The notes under the pieces are model-generated. The model was not told where the DNA came from. It did no database searches and saw only the letters and a list, made by a program, of their open reading frames with translations. The position numbers and the translations under genes were made by a program. This document shows positions 54,149 through 64,000 of a stretch of 64,000 bases of DNA, piece after piece. The DNA comes from Deltaproteobacteria bacterium (GTDB taxonomy: Bacteria > Desulfobacterota > RBG-13-43-22), in NCBI GenBank assembly GCA_016219225.1, contig JACRBX010000097.1, positions 1,106 through 65,105 of the forward strand, in the 5' to 3' direction. Each line of letters begins with the position of its first letter. Position 1 is the stretch's first letter.

Positions 54149-54315
54149 GGGGCGCCACGAGGCATGAAAATGCTTCACAAGGCGATAGGCAATGGGCCAG
54201 GGGCTATAGGTTAAATGATCTTAAGATTTTTCCTTCACCCATAGCCTATAGCCTATTGCCCATCGCCATTTTGAGTTTTTTCGCACTTGAAACTTGCATC
54301 TTGCATCTTGAACCC
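54149..54315 (+). repeat. Heptamer-array element with a long imperfect hairpin and a second array
   Basis: Core GGGGCGCCACGAGGCATGAAAAT at 54149-54171. The arm GGCGATA GGCAATG GGCCAGG GGCTATA GG (54181-54211) pairs with CATAGCC TATAGCC TATTGCC CATCGCC (54237-54267). A further array ACTTGAA ACTTGCA TCTTGCA TCTTGAA sits at 54284-54311. Confidence 0.85.
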
Positions 54316-54538
54316 TTTTTTTCTTATTAAAATACCGTCTCCCCAATAGAAATATACAGGCAATACCTTATTTTTCATTTACGGAAATGAAGATAGTATC
54401 TATGAAGGTAATATTAAAAAAAAATAAAGGTTGTTGCGTTCGTAAAAAGCTATGAAACGCCGCATTGCGGGGCTGTATCAGAAAATAACTTGGCAATAAA
54501 AAAGCTAAGTTATTTGGAAGTCTAAAAGCGCCGATTAC

Positions 54539-54724
54539 GTCATTCCCGTGAAAACGGGAATCCAGTGTTTTAAATTAGGACGCTGATTTTCGCCGATACC
54601 CGCAGATAACTACTCTATATATTCAAAATCTTGGCAATCTGCGTCGATCTGCGTCCAAAAAGGAAATTCCTATACCCTTAAATTAGTTACATATAGCCTG
54701 GATTCCCGCCTTCGCGGGAATGAC
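54539..54724. repeat. Cluster of hairpin repeats (GTCATTCCCGTGAAAACGGGAATCCAG; a GGACGC..ATCTGCGTCC dyad; AATTAGTTACATATAGCCTGGATTCCCGCCTTCGCGGGAATGAC)
   Basis: Units at 54539-54565, about 54579-54656, and 54681-54724 were read directly. They are members of the same families seen at 22574-22688, 47907-48016 and 50409/52409. Confidence 0.75.
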
Positions 54725-54791
54725 GAGTTATTACGAGACCATCAAGGTTTGGATTACCAAGGGTCGACGTGGGTTGAAAGGAGTGGTTTGC

Positions 54792-56138
54792 ATGAAGAGG
54801 CCCCTTATTGGCTTGTTGGTGGTATTCTTTTTCTTTGGTGTCGTCGGGCCGGGAAAAAGTAATGGCCTGGAAAAACAAATCGCCCTGAAAGAGGCCGTTA
54901 AAACCGCCCTTGAAGAAAACCATGACCTCCGGGCCATGGGAAACAGGCTTTTCGCCCAGGAAGCCGATATCGGTATGGCCCGCAGTGCCTTCCTTCCAAA
55001 AATCGCCTTCGAGGAGAGGGCCACCCGCACCAACAACCCGCCGACGGCCTTTATGATGAAACTGAATCAAGGCCGGTTTTCCCAATCCGACTTTGAGATC
55101 GGTTCCCTCAACAACCCCCAACCGGTTACCGACCTCCAGACCCTGTTGACCCTTGAACAACCGCTTTATGACCCGAAAGTCTCCCTTGGGCTGGCTATGG
55201 CCCAAAAGGAACATGCGGCTCAGAATGAAAGCTATTACAGAAAAAAGGAGGAGCTGACCCTGAAAGTCGCCCGGGTCTATCTCCAGGTCCATACGGCTAA
55301 AGCGTTTATTGAAGTCAGCCAAAAGGCCCTCGAAGATGCCCGGGAACACTTGAGGGTCGTCGAAGTAAGATACAAAAATGGGCTGGGTCTTTACTCCGAT
55401 ATCCTGAGGGCCTCAACGGCCGTCACTTCGGCCGAGCAACAAATGGTCAGCGCCGAGAAAAATCTGGCCGTGTCTAAGAGGATGTTGGGGCTCCTCCTGG
55501 GGAAAACCGATCCTCTGGATACGGATGATCAAAATATCAGCCTCCCTTTGAACCCCATTAATTATTATACCGGGGCCTCTGAGGGAAGAAAAGACCTCAA
55601 GGCCCTGAAGATGCGCCACGAGAATGCCCAAAGCACGGTTAAGCTGGCGGAAGCCAAATATTTTCCGACCATCCATCTGGGAGGGACGTATCAGCTCAAC
55701 GACCACAATACGCCTTTGGGTTCCGAGGGAAAATCCTGGCTTTTGTCTGCCGCCCTCCGCTGGGATTTGTTTGATGGGATGAACCGCAAATATGAGCGGG
55801 CCAAAGCCCTCCAAACGGTTAAGGAAACGGAAGAGCTGCTGAAAGGCCTTGACCAGATGGTCAGCTTCAAAATCCATGAGGCCTATCTGACGGTTCAAGA
55901 AGCGCAAAAAAATGCCGAGTTGGCCAGGGCGGCCCTCAAGACCGCCGAGGAAGGCCAGCGGCTGGTCAAGAGCCGCTATGAAAATTCCCTTTCCCCCCTG
56001 GTGGACTTTCTCGATGTCCAGGTGCACCTGAACCAGGCCAGGGCCGACCGGGTGGCCAAAGAGAATGAATATCTCTTTGCCCTGATCCATCTCGGATTCG
56101 AAAGCGGCACTATCCTGAAGGATTTAAATATAGAGTAA
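54792..56138 (+). CDS. TolC-family outer-membrane efflux protein
   Basis: Signal peptide from ATG 54792 (after AAAGGAG), then the duplicated coiled-coil/beta-barrel repeat pattern typical of OEP/TolC proteins. Confidence 0.85.
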   Translation: MKRPLIGLLVVFFFFGVVGPGKSNGLEKQIALKEAVKTALEENHDLRAMGNRLFAQEADIGMARSAFLPKIAFEERATRTNNPPTAFMMKLNQGRFSQSDFEIGSLNNPQPVTDLQTLLTLEQPLYDPKVSLGLAMAQKEHAAQNESYYRKKEELTLKVARVYLQVHTAKAFIEVSQKALEDAREHLRVVEVRYKNGLGLYSDILRASTAVTSAEQQMVSAEKNLAVSKRMLGLLLGKTDPLDTDDQNISLPLNPINYYTGASEGRKDLKALKMRHENAQSTVKLAEAKYFPTIHLGGTYQLNDHNTPLGSEGKSWLLSAALRWDLFDGMNRKYERAKALQTVKETEELLKGLDQMVSFKIHEAYLTVQEAQKNAELARAALKTAEEGQRLVKSRYENSLSPLVDFLDVQVHLNQARADRVAKENEYLFALIHLGFESGTILKDLNIE

Positions 56139-56167
56139 AGTTAGTGACAATGAACTCGTGAAAAATC

Positions 56168-56199
56168 GTCATTCCCTCGCAGGTTTTCGCGAGAATGAC
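56168..56199. repeat. Intercistronic palindromic hairpin GTCATTCCCTCGCaggttttcGCGAGAATGAC
   Basis: Read directly. It is a GTCATTC...GAATGAC family variant lying between the TolC and MFP genes. Confidence 0.7.
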
Positions 56200-56233
56200 A
56201 AAATTGGGCTATTGATGATTGGAGGCATGTTTG

Positions 56234-57340
56234 ATGAAAAGGCCCCTTCCCTTCTGGCTCATGGCCATGCTCTTGCTTTTTATAGGTTGCCGGGAAAAAG
56301 AACCCCATCCTTCTTCCCAAGCCCAAAGACCAATTGTGACCGGTGTATCCCTGCTCAAGGTTTCTCCTTCTTCAATAGATTCCTTCTATGAAACATCGGG
56401 CACCGTCAAGGCCGGGGCAATCAGTATCGTGGCCAGCCGCAGTCTGGGAACGGTAACGGCCGTCAAGGTCCGGGAAGGCGATCTGGTAAAGGCCGGAGAG
56501 GTCCTGGTTACCATAGACGACCGGGATCTGGCCCAGAAGGTGGTTCAGGCCGAAACAGCCAACCAGGAGGCCTTAAAGGCCCTTGAGGTGGCCGGGCAGA
56601 ACAGATCCCTGGCCGAGGTTACCTTCCGGCGATACGCCAATCTCCATTCGGAAAAAGTGATCACCCAGCAGGAGATGGACCAGATAGAAACCCGGAAAAA
56701 GGTGGCCGAGACGGAATATGACCGTTTCCAGGAAACCGTCAAGCGGACCAGGGCCGCTGTGGAGGAAGCCAGGATCTATCATGGATTTACCAGGGTGACT
56801 GCCCCGGTCTCCGGCCTGATTACCGAGAAGAAGATCGATCCGGGGAGTCTGGCTGCTCCGGGGATGCCCCTTTTGACTATTGAAGATACCTCCCAATTCA
56901 AAGTTGAAGCCTCAGTGGATGAACGTTTGGTCCAAAAAATAAAGAATGGGAGCCCGGTCTCTATTCTCCTTAATTCCAGCGGTGAACGGATTTCCGGTTT
57001 CATCAGGGAAATCGTTCCGGCCATCGATCCGGCCTCCAGGACCTTCCTGATCAAGATTCCCCTGAAAGGACGGGGCTTAAAAAGCGGCCTCTACTGTAAA
57101 GTCCTTATTCCGGAAGGGCAAAAAGAAACAATCCTGGTTCCGAAAAAAGCTGTGGTGGAAAAGGGGCAACTGGAAGGGGTCTATGTGGTGGATGACCGGA
57201 AGGTGATGACCTTCCGCCTCATCAGGACAGGGAAAGCCCATGAAGACCGGAGAGAGGTTCTTTCCGGACTGAAGGGCGGAGAAGAGGTGGTCGTGGAGGG
57301 TGTGGAGCGGGCCATTGACGGAGGATGGGTAAAACCGTGA
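56234..57340 (+). CDS. RND efflux periplasmic adaptor (membrane fusion protein)
   Basis: Lipobox-like LLFIGC, then HlyD/AcrA-like lipoyl, hairpin and beta-barrel segments. It is followed by the RND pump gene. Confidence 0.85.
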   Translation: MKRPLPFWLMAMLLLFIGCREKEPHPSSQAQRPIVTGVSLLKVSPSSIDSFYETSGTVKAGAISIVASRSLGTVTAVKVREGDLVKAGEVLVTIDDRDLAQKVVQAETANQEALKALEVAGQNRSLAEVTFRRYANLHSEKVITQQEMDQIETRKKVAETEYDRFQETVKRTRAAVEEARIYHGFTRVTAPVSGLITEKKIDPGSLAAPGMPLLTIEDTSQFKVEASVDERLVQKIKNGSPVSILLNSSGERISGFIREIVPAIDPASRTFLIKIPLKGRGLKSGLYCKVLIPEGQKETILVPKKAVVEKGQLEGVYVVDDRKVMTFRLIRTGKAHEDRREVLSGLKGGEEVVVEGVERAIDGGWVKP

Positions 57341-60300
57341 GTCTCAGAATACTCGGATTTGCCGGAACGGTCGCCAAGACCTTCATCAAATCAAAGCTGA
57401 CGCCTCTCATCGTCATCGCCTCGATCTTTCTCGGCCTGTTTGCCATAGTGGTGACCCCCAGGGAGGAAGAGCCCCAGATTATCGTTCCCATGATCGACGT
57501 TATGGTCCACTATCCCGGGGCCTCGGCCCAGGAGGTGGATGAACGGGTCACCAAACCCATGTCCAAGTTCCTCTGGGAAATAAAAGGGGTGGAATACATC
57601 TATACCCTGTCGAAACCGGGGATGAGCATGGCCATCGTCCGGTTTTATGTCGGCCAGGACCTGGAGAAAAGCCTGGTCAACCTCTACAACAAGCTCATGT
57701 CGAATTACGACAAGATCCCTCCCGGCGTTTCACAGCCCCTGGTCAAACCCAAATCCATAGACGATGTCCCCATCCTTTCCTTTACCCTCTGGAGTTCCTC
57801 CTATACCGGCTATGAACTGCGCAGGGTGGCCCAGGAGGTGGGCGATGAGCTGAAAAAGGATAAGGACGTCGCCGAATTCCAGATCATCGGCGGCCAAAAA
57901 AGGCAGATCCGGATTGTCTGGGAGCCCCTTCGCCTGAACGCTTTTCATCTGACACCCGGCCAGCTTGAGGGGGCTTTGCGGAAGGCCAATTTCCTTTTAC
58001 CTTCCGGCCGATTTCCGGCCGGAAGCCAGGAATTCATTGTGGAGACCGGCGGGTTTTTAAAAGAGGTTCAGGAAGTGGGCAATCTGGTCCTGATCGTGGC
58101 CGACGGGAGACCGGTCTATTTGAGGGATGTGGCCCGGATTATCGACGGTCCCGAGGAGCCGTCAAACTATGTTTTTATGGGTTTCGGTCCGGGGGAGAAA
58201 AAGGCCCCCGGAGGGACTTTCGAAGCCGTCACCCTGTCCATTGCCAAAAAAAAGGGGACCAATGCCACGCAGATTGCCGAAAGGGCTATGGAAAAGATAG
58301 AAGCCCTGAAAGGCAACCGGATCCCCTCGGGAATTGAGATCACCACCACCAGAAATTATGGCGAGACGGCCAGGGATAAATCCAATGAATTGCTCAAGCA
58401 CATGTTTCTGGCGGCCCTATCGGTCACCATCCTCATTGCCCTGGCCCTGGGCTGGCGGGAGGCCATCGTGGTGGCCGTGGCTGTTCCGGTCACCCTGGCC
58501 CTGACCATTCTGGTGACTTATCTGGTGGGCTATACCCTGAACCGGGTAACCCTCTTTGCCCTCATCTTCTCCATCGGCATTCTGGTGGATGATGCCATCG
58601 TGGTGGTCGAAAATATCCACCGTCATTTCAAGATGAGCCGGGTGGATCCGGAAGTGGCCGTCCTGGCCGTCGATGAGGTGGGCAACCCCACGGTACTGGC
58701 CACCTTTGCAGTTATAGCCGCCCTGCTTCCCATGGCGGCGGTCTCGGGACTCATGGGGCCTTATATGAGACCCATCCCGGTAGGGGCCTCGGCGGCCATG
58801 GTCATCTCCCTGCTCATTGCCTTCATCATCAGTCCCTGGCTGAGCTTCATCGTCCTGAAAGGAACGAAAGGTGGCACAGCCGGCGAAAAAGAAGAAGGAA
58901 AGATTCTGGCCAAATTCAACCATCTCTATGAACGAAACCTCCGTTCCCTTCTGGAGAACAAAAAAAAGAGGATCGGGTTTTTCATCCTGATCATTGTGCT
59001 CTTGTTGGCAGCCTTCTCCCTGATCCCGCTCAAATGGATGACGGTCAAGATGCTTCCTTTTGACAACAAGAGTGAACTCCAGGTGGTCATCGACCTTCCG
59101 GAAAGTGCCAGCCTGGAAGAAACAGCGGCCCTGACCCGAAAGATCAGCGACTATCTCCGGACCGTACCGGAAGTGACCAACACCCAATCGTACATCGGCA
59201 CCTCGGCCCCCTTCAATTTTAACGGTCTGGTGCGCCATTATTTCTTGAGGTCCGCCGGCAACCAGGCCGATATTCAGGTCAATTTCGTGGTCAAGGAAGA
59301 AAGGAAGGCCCAAAGCCACGAAATCGCCAAAAGGATCAGACCGGAGATCAAGAGACTGGGCGACCAATACCAGGCCCGGGTAAAGGTGGTGGAGATCCCC
59401 CCGGGGCCTCCGGTTTTAAGCACCCTGGTGGCCGAGATCTACGGACCGGATCATGGCCGACAAATCGAGATCGCCCGGCAGGTCAAGGATATTTTCACCC
59501 GGGCCCCGGGGGTGGTCGATGTCGACTGGTATGTGGAACAGGACCAGAAAAAAATCTTTTTCATGGTCGATAAAGAAAAAGCGGCCTTTAATGGAATCGG
59601 TACCGAGGAGGTCGCCCGGGCCGTTCAAACGACCCTGAACGGGACCGTGGCCGGCCTGGCCCACCTGGTCAGGGACAAGGAGCCGGTAGAGCTTCTTCTC
59701 CGATCCCCTCTTTCAGAGCGGGCCGGAACAAAGGCCCTGGGAGGGATAACCCTCCTATCCGCCACCGGTAAAGCCGTGCCCCTGGCCGAACTGGTCAAGG
59801 TCCAGGAAGGGATCGAAGATAAAACCATCTATCGGAAGAACCTGAAGCGGGTGGTCTACGTCATCGGGGATGTGGCAGGCACCGAGGAAAGTCCGGTCTA
59901 TCCTATACTGAAGATGAAGGAACAGGTCAGGAACCTGAAACTCCCGGAAGGCTATGAGCTGAAACAATATTCTGCGGTCCAACCCTGGATGGAAGATAAA
60001 TACTCTATGAAATGGGACGGCGAATGGCACATCACCTATGAGGTCTTCCGCGACCTGGGGTTGGCCTTCGGGGTGGTCCTGATACTGATTTACGTCATGG
60101 TCGTGGGCTGGTTTAAATCCTTTCTGGTGCCGCTGGTGATCATGGCCCCAATCCCTTTGTCCCTGATCGGTATCCTGCCGGGACATGCCGTGATGGGGGC
60201 CTTCTTTACCGCCACCTCCATGATCGGTTTTATCGCCGGGGCCGGGATCGTGGTCCGCAATTCCATCATCCTGGTGGATTTTGTCGATCTCAAAATCGCC

Positions 60301-60594
60301 GAGGGGGTGCCCCTTAAGGAGGCGGTGATCCAGGCCGGCATCATCCGCTTCAGACCCATGCTCCTGACCGCCGCCGCCGTGGTTGTCGGCTCTTCCGTGA
60401 TCCTTTTCGACCCGATCTTTCAGGGTATGGCCATTGCCCTCATGTCGGGCGAAGTGGCGGCCACCTTTCTTTCCAGGACCATGGTGCCGGTCCTGTGCTA
60501 CCTGCTGCGGGCCAGGCAGTCCGAAGGCCTGTTAAAGTGCGACATCGATACGGCCCCCCCGGACCCCCAAAAAACCGAGGAGTGTCCGACATGA
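57325..60594 (+). CDS. RND-family efflux permease (AcrB/CzcA superfamily)
   Basis: 1089 aa with a 12-TM architecture, two large periplasmic loops and ACR_tran-type motifs throughout. Confidence 0.92.
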   Translation: MGKTVSLRILGFAGTVAKTFIKSKLTPLIVIASIFLGLFAIVVTPREEEPQIIVPMIDVMVHYPGASAQEVDERVTKPMSKFLWEIKGVEYIYTLSKPGMSMAIVRFYVGQDLEKSLVNLYNKLMSNYDKIPPGVSQPLVKPKSIDDVPILSFTLWSSSYTGYELRRVAQEVGDELKKDKDVAEFQIIGGQKRQIRIVWEPLRLNAFHLTPGQLEGALRKANFLLPSGRFPAGSQEFIVETGGFLKEVQEVGNLVLIVADGRPVYLRDVARIIDGPEEPSNYVFMGFGPGEKKAPGGTFEAVTLSIAKKKGTNATQIAERAMEKIEALKGNRIPSGIEITTTRNYGETARDKSNELLKHMFLAALSVTILIALALGWREAIVVAVAVPVTLALTILVTYLVGYTLNRVTLFALIFSIGILVDDAIVVVENIHRHFKMSRVDPEVAVLAVDEVGNPTVLATFAVIAALLPMAAVSGLMGPYMRPIPVGASAAMVISLLIAFIISPWLSFIVLKGTKGGTAGEKEEGKILAKFNHLYERNLRSLLENKKKRIGFFILIIVLLLAAFSLIPLKWMTVKMLPFDNKSELQVVIDLPESASLEETAALTRKISDYLRTVPEVTNTQSYIGTSAPFNFNGLVRHYFLRSAGNQADIQVNFVVKEERKAQSHEIAKRIRPEIKRLGDQYQARVKVVEIPPGPPVLSTLVAEIYGPDHGRQIEIARQVKDIFTRAPGVVDVDWYVEQDQKKIFFMVDKEKAAFNGIGTEEVARAVQTTLNGTVAGLAHLVRDKEPVELLLRSPLSERAGTKALGGITLLSATGKAVPLAELVKVQEGIEDKTIYRKNLKRVVYVIGDVAGTEESPVYPILKMKEQVRNLKLPEGYELKQYSAVQPWMEDKYSMKWDGEWHITYEVFRDLGLAFGVVLILIYVMVVGWFKSFLVPLVIMAPIPLSLIGILPGHAVMGAFFTATSMIGFIAGAGIVVRNSIILVDFVDLKIAEGVPLKEAVIQAGIIRFRPMLLTAAAVVVGSSVILFDPIFQGMAIALMSGEVAATFLSRTMVPVLCYLLRARQSEGLLKCDIDTAPPDPQKTEECPT

Positions 60595-60953
60595 GGGTTA
60601 AAAAAAACTCCAAATCCAACGACACACAAAACTCATTTTCCTCTTTTGCTGGATGCCTCCTATTTATGCACCTTCCTTTAAAGAGTTGACACACACCTAC
60701 CAAATGGATAGGATTAATAATCCAGCAATTTCGGAAGCGATGGATTCGTAAAAAGTGGGAAAACGCCACTTGGTCATTTCGAATTGTCTCTTCTGTCATT
60801 TCGACTAAAGGAGAACCCTTGCCTGATCCGGTTGTTCTGAGATCCCTGACATGCATTCGGAATAACAGAAGGGATTTTTTTCAAACTTATCGTAGATGCA
60901 AATTTCCTGATTCCCCAATCCCCTGAATTCCTAACTCGCTGAAGGAAAAAGGC

Positions 60954-62540
60954 ATGACCAAAATCCTTGTTGTCGATGATCGGCCCATGGACCGGGAGCT
61001 TTTAAAGACTCTGCTCCAATATGCCCGGTACCAGATTCTTGAGGCCGCCGATGGTGCCGAGGCGTTGCAAATGGTCCGGACCGAACACCCTGATCTGGTT
61101 ATCTCCGACGTTCTCCTGCCTAAAATGGATGGCTACGAACTGGTGCAGCGGCTGCGGGCCGATCCATCGACCGCTCAGACCTTGGTCATCTTCTATACGG
61201 CGGTGTTTAACGAGCAAGAAGCTCGAGTCCTGGCTTCAGAGGTGGGTGTAACCCGCATACTCATAAAACCGACGGACCCGCAAAAAATCCTGGATATGGT
61301 AGCTGAGGTCCTTCAGGCCAAAAGAACCGAGGTCATTCTTTCTCCACCCCCCAATTTCGATCAAAAACACTATCAACTGCTGATAGACAAACTCATTCTC
61401 CAGGTTGATGCCTTCCGCCAAAGTGAGGAACGATATCGTTCACTATTTGAAAACATGTTGGAAGGATTTGCTTATTGTCGGATGTTGTTTGTGGATGACA
61501 GGCCCCAGGACTTTGTCTACCTCGACGTCAACGACAAATTTGTAGAACTGACCGGACTAAAAAATGTCGTCGGCAGGCAGGCCACCGTGGTCATCCCGGG
61601 CCTCAAGACCTCCAATCCGGAATTGTTTGAGATTTATGGAAGGGTGGCCCGAACCGGGAAACCCGAACGGTTTGAAATCTATTTGGAGTCTTTGGGAATC
61701 TGGCTCTCCATAGCAGCCTATAGTCCGAAAAAAAATCATTTTGTGGCCGTTTTTGATAACATCACCGAGAGGAAGGAAGCCGAGGCGGAAATCCGCCGGC
61801 TTAATGTTGACTTGGAACAACGGGTCCTCGAACGAACGATCCAGTTGGAGGCGGCCAACAGGGAGTTGGGGTCCTTTTCCTATTCCGTATCCCATGACCT
61901 GCGTGCCCCCCTAAGGGCCATTGACGGCTTCAGCCGGGCCTTGTTGGAAGATTACCGTATGGCCTTAGACGAAAAAGGGCGGAAATACCTGGACCGGGTG
62001 CGCGCCGCCACCCAGCGGATGGGGCAGTTGATTGATGATTTGCTTAAACTCTCGCGAGTGACCCAGGCCGAGATGACCCGTCAGCAGGTGAATCTCAGCC
62101 GGATAATTGAGGTGTTGGCTCGTGAATTGGAGATATGCCAGCCGGAGCGGCGGGTGGAATGGGTTATCGCCCCAAACGTCATGGCTGACGGAGACGAACG
62201 GTTATTAGAGATCGCCCTGAAAAATCTCCTGGACAATGCCTGGAAATTCACCGGACGAAAACCTTCCTTTCGCATAGAATTCGGCGTCCGGCACCAGGAG
62301 GGATCAGTGGTTTATTTTATACGGGATGACGGCGCCGGCTTTGACCAGACTTACAGCGGCAAACTGTTCGGCACTTTTCAGCGCCTTCACAGCAGAGAGG
62401 AATTCGAAGGAACCGGAGTGGGGCTAGCCATTGTGCAGCGCATCATCCACCGCCACGGCGGACACATCTGGGCTGAAGGGGTCGTCGACCTGGGAGCCAC
62501 TTTTTATTTTACCCTTGAACCGGCCGCCAAAGGTTTATGA
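60954..62540 (+). CDS. Hybrid sensor: response-regulator receiver, PAS, then HisKA/HATPase histidine kinase
   Basis: REC domain (ILVVDD...DLVISDVLLPKMDG...KP), a PAS segment, the H-box SHDLRAPL, and N/G boxes (LDNAWKF, DDGAGFD, GTGVGLA). Confidence 0.88.
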   Translation: MTKILVVDDRPMDRELLKTLLQYARYQILEAADGAEALQMVRTEHPDLVISDVLLPKMDGYELVQRLRADPSTAQTLVIFYTAVFNEQEARVLASEVGVTRILIKPTDPQKILDMVAEVLQAKRTEVILSPPPNFDQKHYQLLIDKLILQVDAFRQSEERYRSLFENMLEGFAYCRMLFVDDRPQDFVYLDVNDKFVELTGLKNVVGRQATVVIPGLKTSNPELFEIYGRVARTGKPERFEIYLESLGIWLSIAAYSPKKNHFVAVFDNITERKEAEAEIRRLNVDLEQRVLERTIQLEAANRELGSFSYSVSHDLRAPLRAIDGFSRALLEDYRMALDEKGRKYLDRVRAATQRMGQLIDDLLKLSRVTQAEMTRQQVNLSRIIEVLARELEICQPERRVEWVIAPNVMADGDERLLEIALKNLLDNAWKFTGRKPSFRIEFGVRHQEGSVVYFIRDDGAGFDQTYSGKLFGTFQRLHSREEFEGTGVGLAIVQRIIHRHGGHIWAEGVVDLGATFYFTLEPAAKGL

Positions 62541-62549
62541 AGATCAATA

Positions 62550-63782
62550 TTGGTCCGCCAGGAGATCGACTTGATATACAAATTACCGGGAGAGAAACCA
62601 TTGAACCAAGAAGAAAAACGAATCATCACCTTGACCACGGCCTCCCATTCCCTGATCCATCTTTTAGAAGGCGTCCTGCCTCCTTTGATCCCCCTGCTCA
62701 TGCTGGAGTTCGGCACCGATTATTTCCACCTGGGCCTGGTGGTGACTGTATTTTCTTATGCCTTCGGTATCGGCTCGTTACCGGCCGGCTATCTGGCGGA
62801 TAAAATCGGTCCCAGACGTTTAATCACGCTCTACCTTTTCGGTGCCGGTATCCTGGCGATGGGGGCCTGGTCCATGAATTCCCTGGTCAACTACGGGATT
62901 CTCATGGGGGGGATCGGCCTTTTCTGCAGCACCTATCACCCGGCCGCGAACACCCTCATCTCCCTGGCCATCCAGGAAAAAGGGAAGGCCTTCGGCCTCC
63001 ATGGAATCGCCGGAAGTCTGGGGGTTGCCTCGGTCCCGGTGCTCTCGGCCTGGATCGGGTCGGCCTTGGGTTGGAGGATGCCTCACGTCCTCTATGGGTT
63101 TATCGGGATTCTCGCCGGGTTCTATTCCCTGACCATTCCCAAACATCTGGAAATCAGGGAAAAGGAAGGCGCTTCGGCCGGAAGCCGCCCCCCCGCGATC
63201 TTTTCCTGTTTCAATCTGATCGTCTTTTTCCTTTCGGCCATGGCCCTGGGGTTGACTTACAAAGGCATCATGACTTTTCTTCCGGCCTATATGGGAGAAA
63301 GTATTCATCTCGGCGGACTCCAATTGGGCAAGGTGGCCCTGGGGGGGACTGTAGCCACCATTGCCCTCCTGTCGGGTGCCCTGGGCCAGTATGTGGCCGG
63401 CCGCGGCGTGGATCGTTTTCAGGCTGAAGGGCTCTATCTTGGGGCAATCCTTCTGGGAACGGTCTTTGTATTTCTGATGGCTGTTTCCCAAAACCTGATT
63501 TTGGTAGGATCGGCCGTGATGTACGCCTTTTTCTATTTCTCCACCCAGCCCCTGCAGAATTACCTGTTGTCAACCTACCTGCCGACCCACCGGCATGGTC
63601 TGGGCTATGGCATTCATTTTTTCATCACTTTCGGGATCGGCTCCACCGCGGCGGCGGTATCGGGCTATCTTGCGGATCACTACGGCCTGCGCTCGGTCTT
63701 TTATGCCATGACCCTTTGTTTCCTTTTTTCTGCAGCCATGGCTTTCGCGCTGTTTATCCGAGTGCATAAAAGGCGGCCTTAG
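62550..63782 (+). CDS. MFS transporter
   Basis: 12-TM-like hydrophobic profile with the MFS loop motif GYLADKIGPRR. The start is uncertain: TTG 62550 or TTG 62571. Confidence 0.8.
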   Translation: MVRQEIDLIYKLPGEKPLNQEEKRIITLTTASHSLIHLLEGVLPPLIPLLMLEFGTDYFHLGLVVTVFSYAFGIGSLPAGYLADKIGPRRLITLYLFGAGILAMGAWSMNSLVNYGILMGGIGLFCSTYHPAANTLISLAIQEKGKAFGLHGIAGSLGVASVPVLSAWIGSALGWRMPHVLYGFIGILAGFYSLTIPKHLEIREKEGASAGSRPPAIFSCFNLIVFFLSAMALGLTYKGIMTFLPAYMGESIHLGGLQLGKVALGGTVATIALLSGALGQYVAGRGVDRFQAEGLYLGAILLGTVFVFLMAVSQNLILVGSAVMYAFFYFSTQPLQNYLLSTYLPTHRHGLGYGIHFFITFGIGSTAAAVSGYLADHYGLRSVFYAMTLCFLFSAAMAFALFIRVHKRRP

Positions 63783-63975
63783 ATTCGGATTCGGACCATT
63801 CAGATCCCCCTTCCGCTGAGCAAAAGTAAAAGGGGGTCTTCCCTTAACTGATTGACCTCGAATTTTAAAGCATTCTCTACACGAACCCTTTTCGTCCCTA
63901 ATTTCTTTCTTGACGTGGGGATTATGGGGTGTCCTATTTTTTATCGGTTAGAAGTCCCAAGGTCTGGGTTATTCA

Positions 63976-64000
63976 CCCAACCCGGACCAGCCGGAACCAA
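63976..64000 (+). repeat. 27-nt motif CCCAACCCGGACCAGCCGGAACCAA (copy 3, cut by the window end)
   Basis: Identical to 28420-28444. The upstream GGTTATTCA also resembles GGTATTCA before copy 1. Confidence 0.7.

Noticed and set aside
60440-60856. 138-aa minus-strand ORF between the RND pump and the sensor kinase.
   Set aside because: It overlaps the 3' end of the RND gene and spans degenerate GTCATTTCGA repeats. I see no RBS and no recognisable domain.

Overview
The window is a 64-kb chromosomal segment from an anaerobe. The gene content (Hdr/Qmo-type redox genes, a sigma-54 activator) looks like a Desulfobacterota-type sulfur or syntrophic organism, but that is inference, not proof. Coding density is high.

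From left to right:
- 1-19 kb: an organic-acid uptake and acyl-CoA locus. It holds a Liv-type ABC importer, an alpha/beta hydrolase, vapBC, a TctCBA transporter, two family-III CoA-transferases, a MaoC-like hydratase, DUF169, an acyl-CoA synthetase, DUF362-ferredoxin and a 3-hydroxyacyl-CoA dehydrogenase.
- 19-22.5 kb: a secreted protein, an MFS transporter and a YbaK-type deacylase.
- 22.7-27.2 kb: an AT-rich accessory islet with HEPN/MNT and DUF4160/DUF2442 pairs, decayed gene fragments and a Cys-rich two-CW-like protein.
- 27-40 kb: housekeeping genes (NMO/FabK-like, PFK, kdsD, purF, carBA, waaA) and a PIF1-like helicase with a WYL tail.
- 40.6-43.6 kb: a second TctCBA transporter.
- 44-54 kb: a sigma-54 activator divergent from a TusA / MvhD-like / HdrA / HdrA / wHTH / QmoC-like / DsrE-like cluster. 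A group II intron splits this cluster.
- 54.8-63.8 kb: a TolC-MFP-RND efflux system, a hybrid sensor kinase and an MFS transporter.

I saw no rRNA, tRNA or CRISPR array.

The most notable signals are:
- the sulfur-relay-linked Hdr/Qmo-like cluster with a good -24/-12 promoter;
- a dispersed intergenic element family built from a conserved ~24-nt core plus locus-specific tandem heptamer arrays;
- a group II intron inserted exactly in a dispersed hairpin repeat;
- two frameshifts, both in homopolymer runs.
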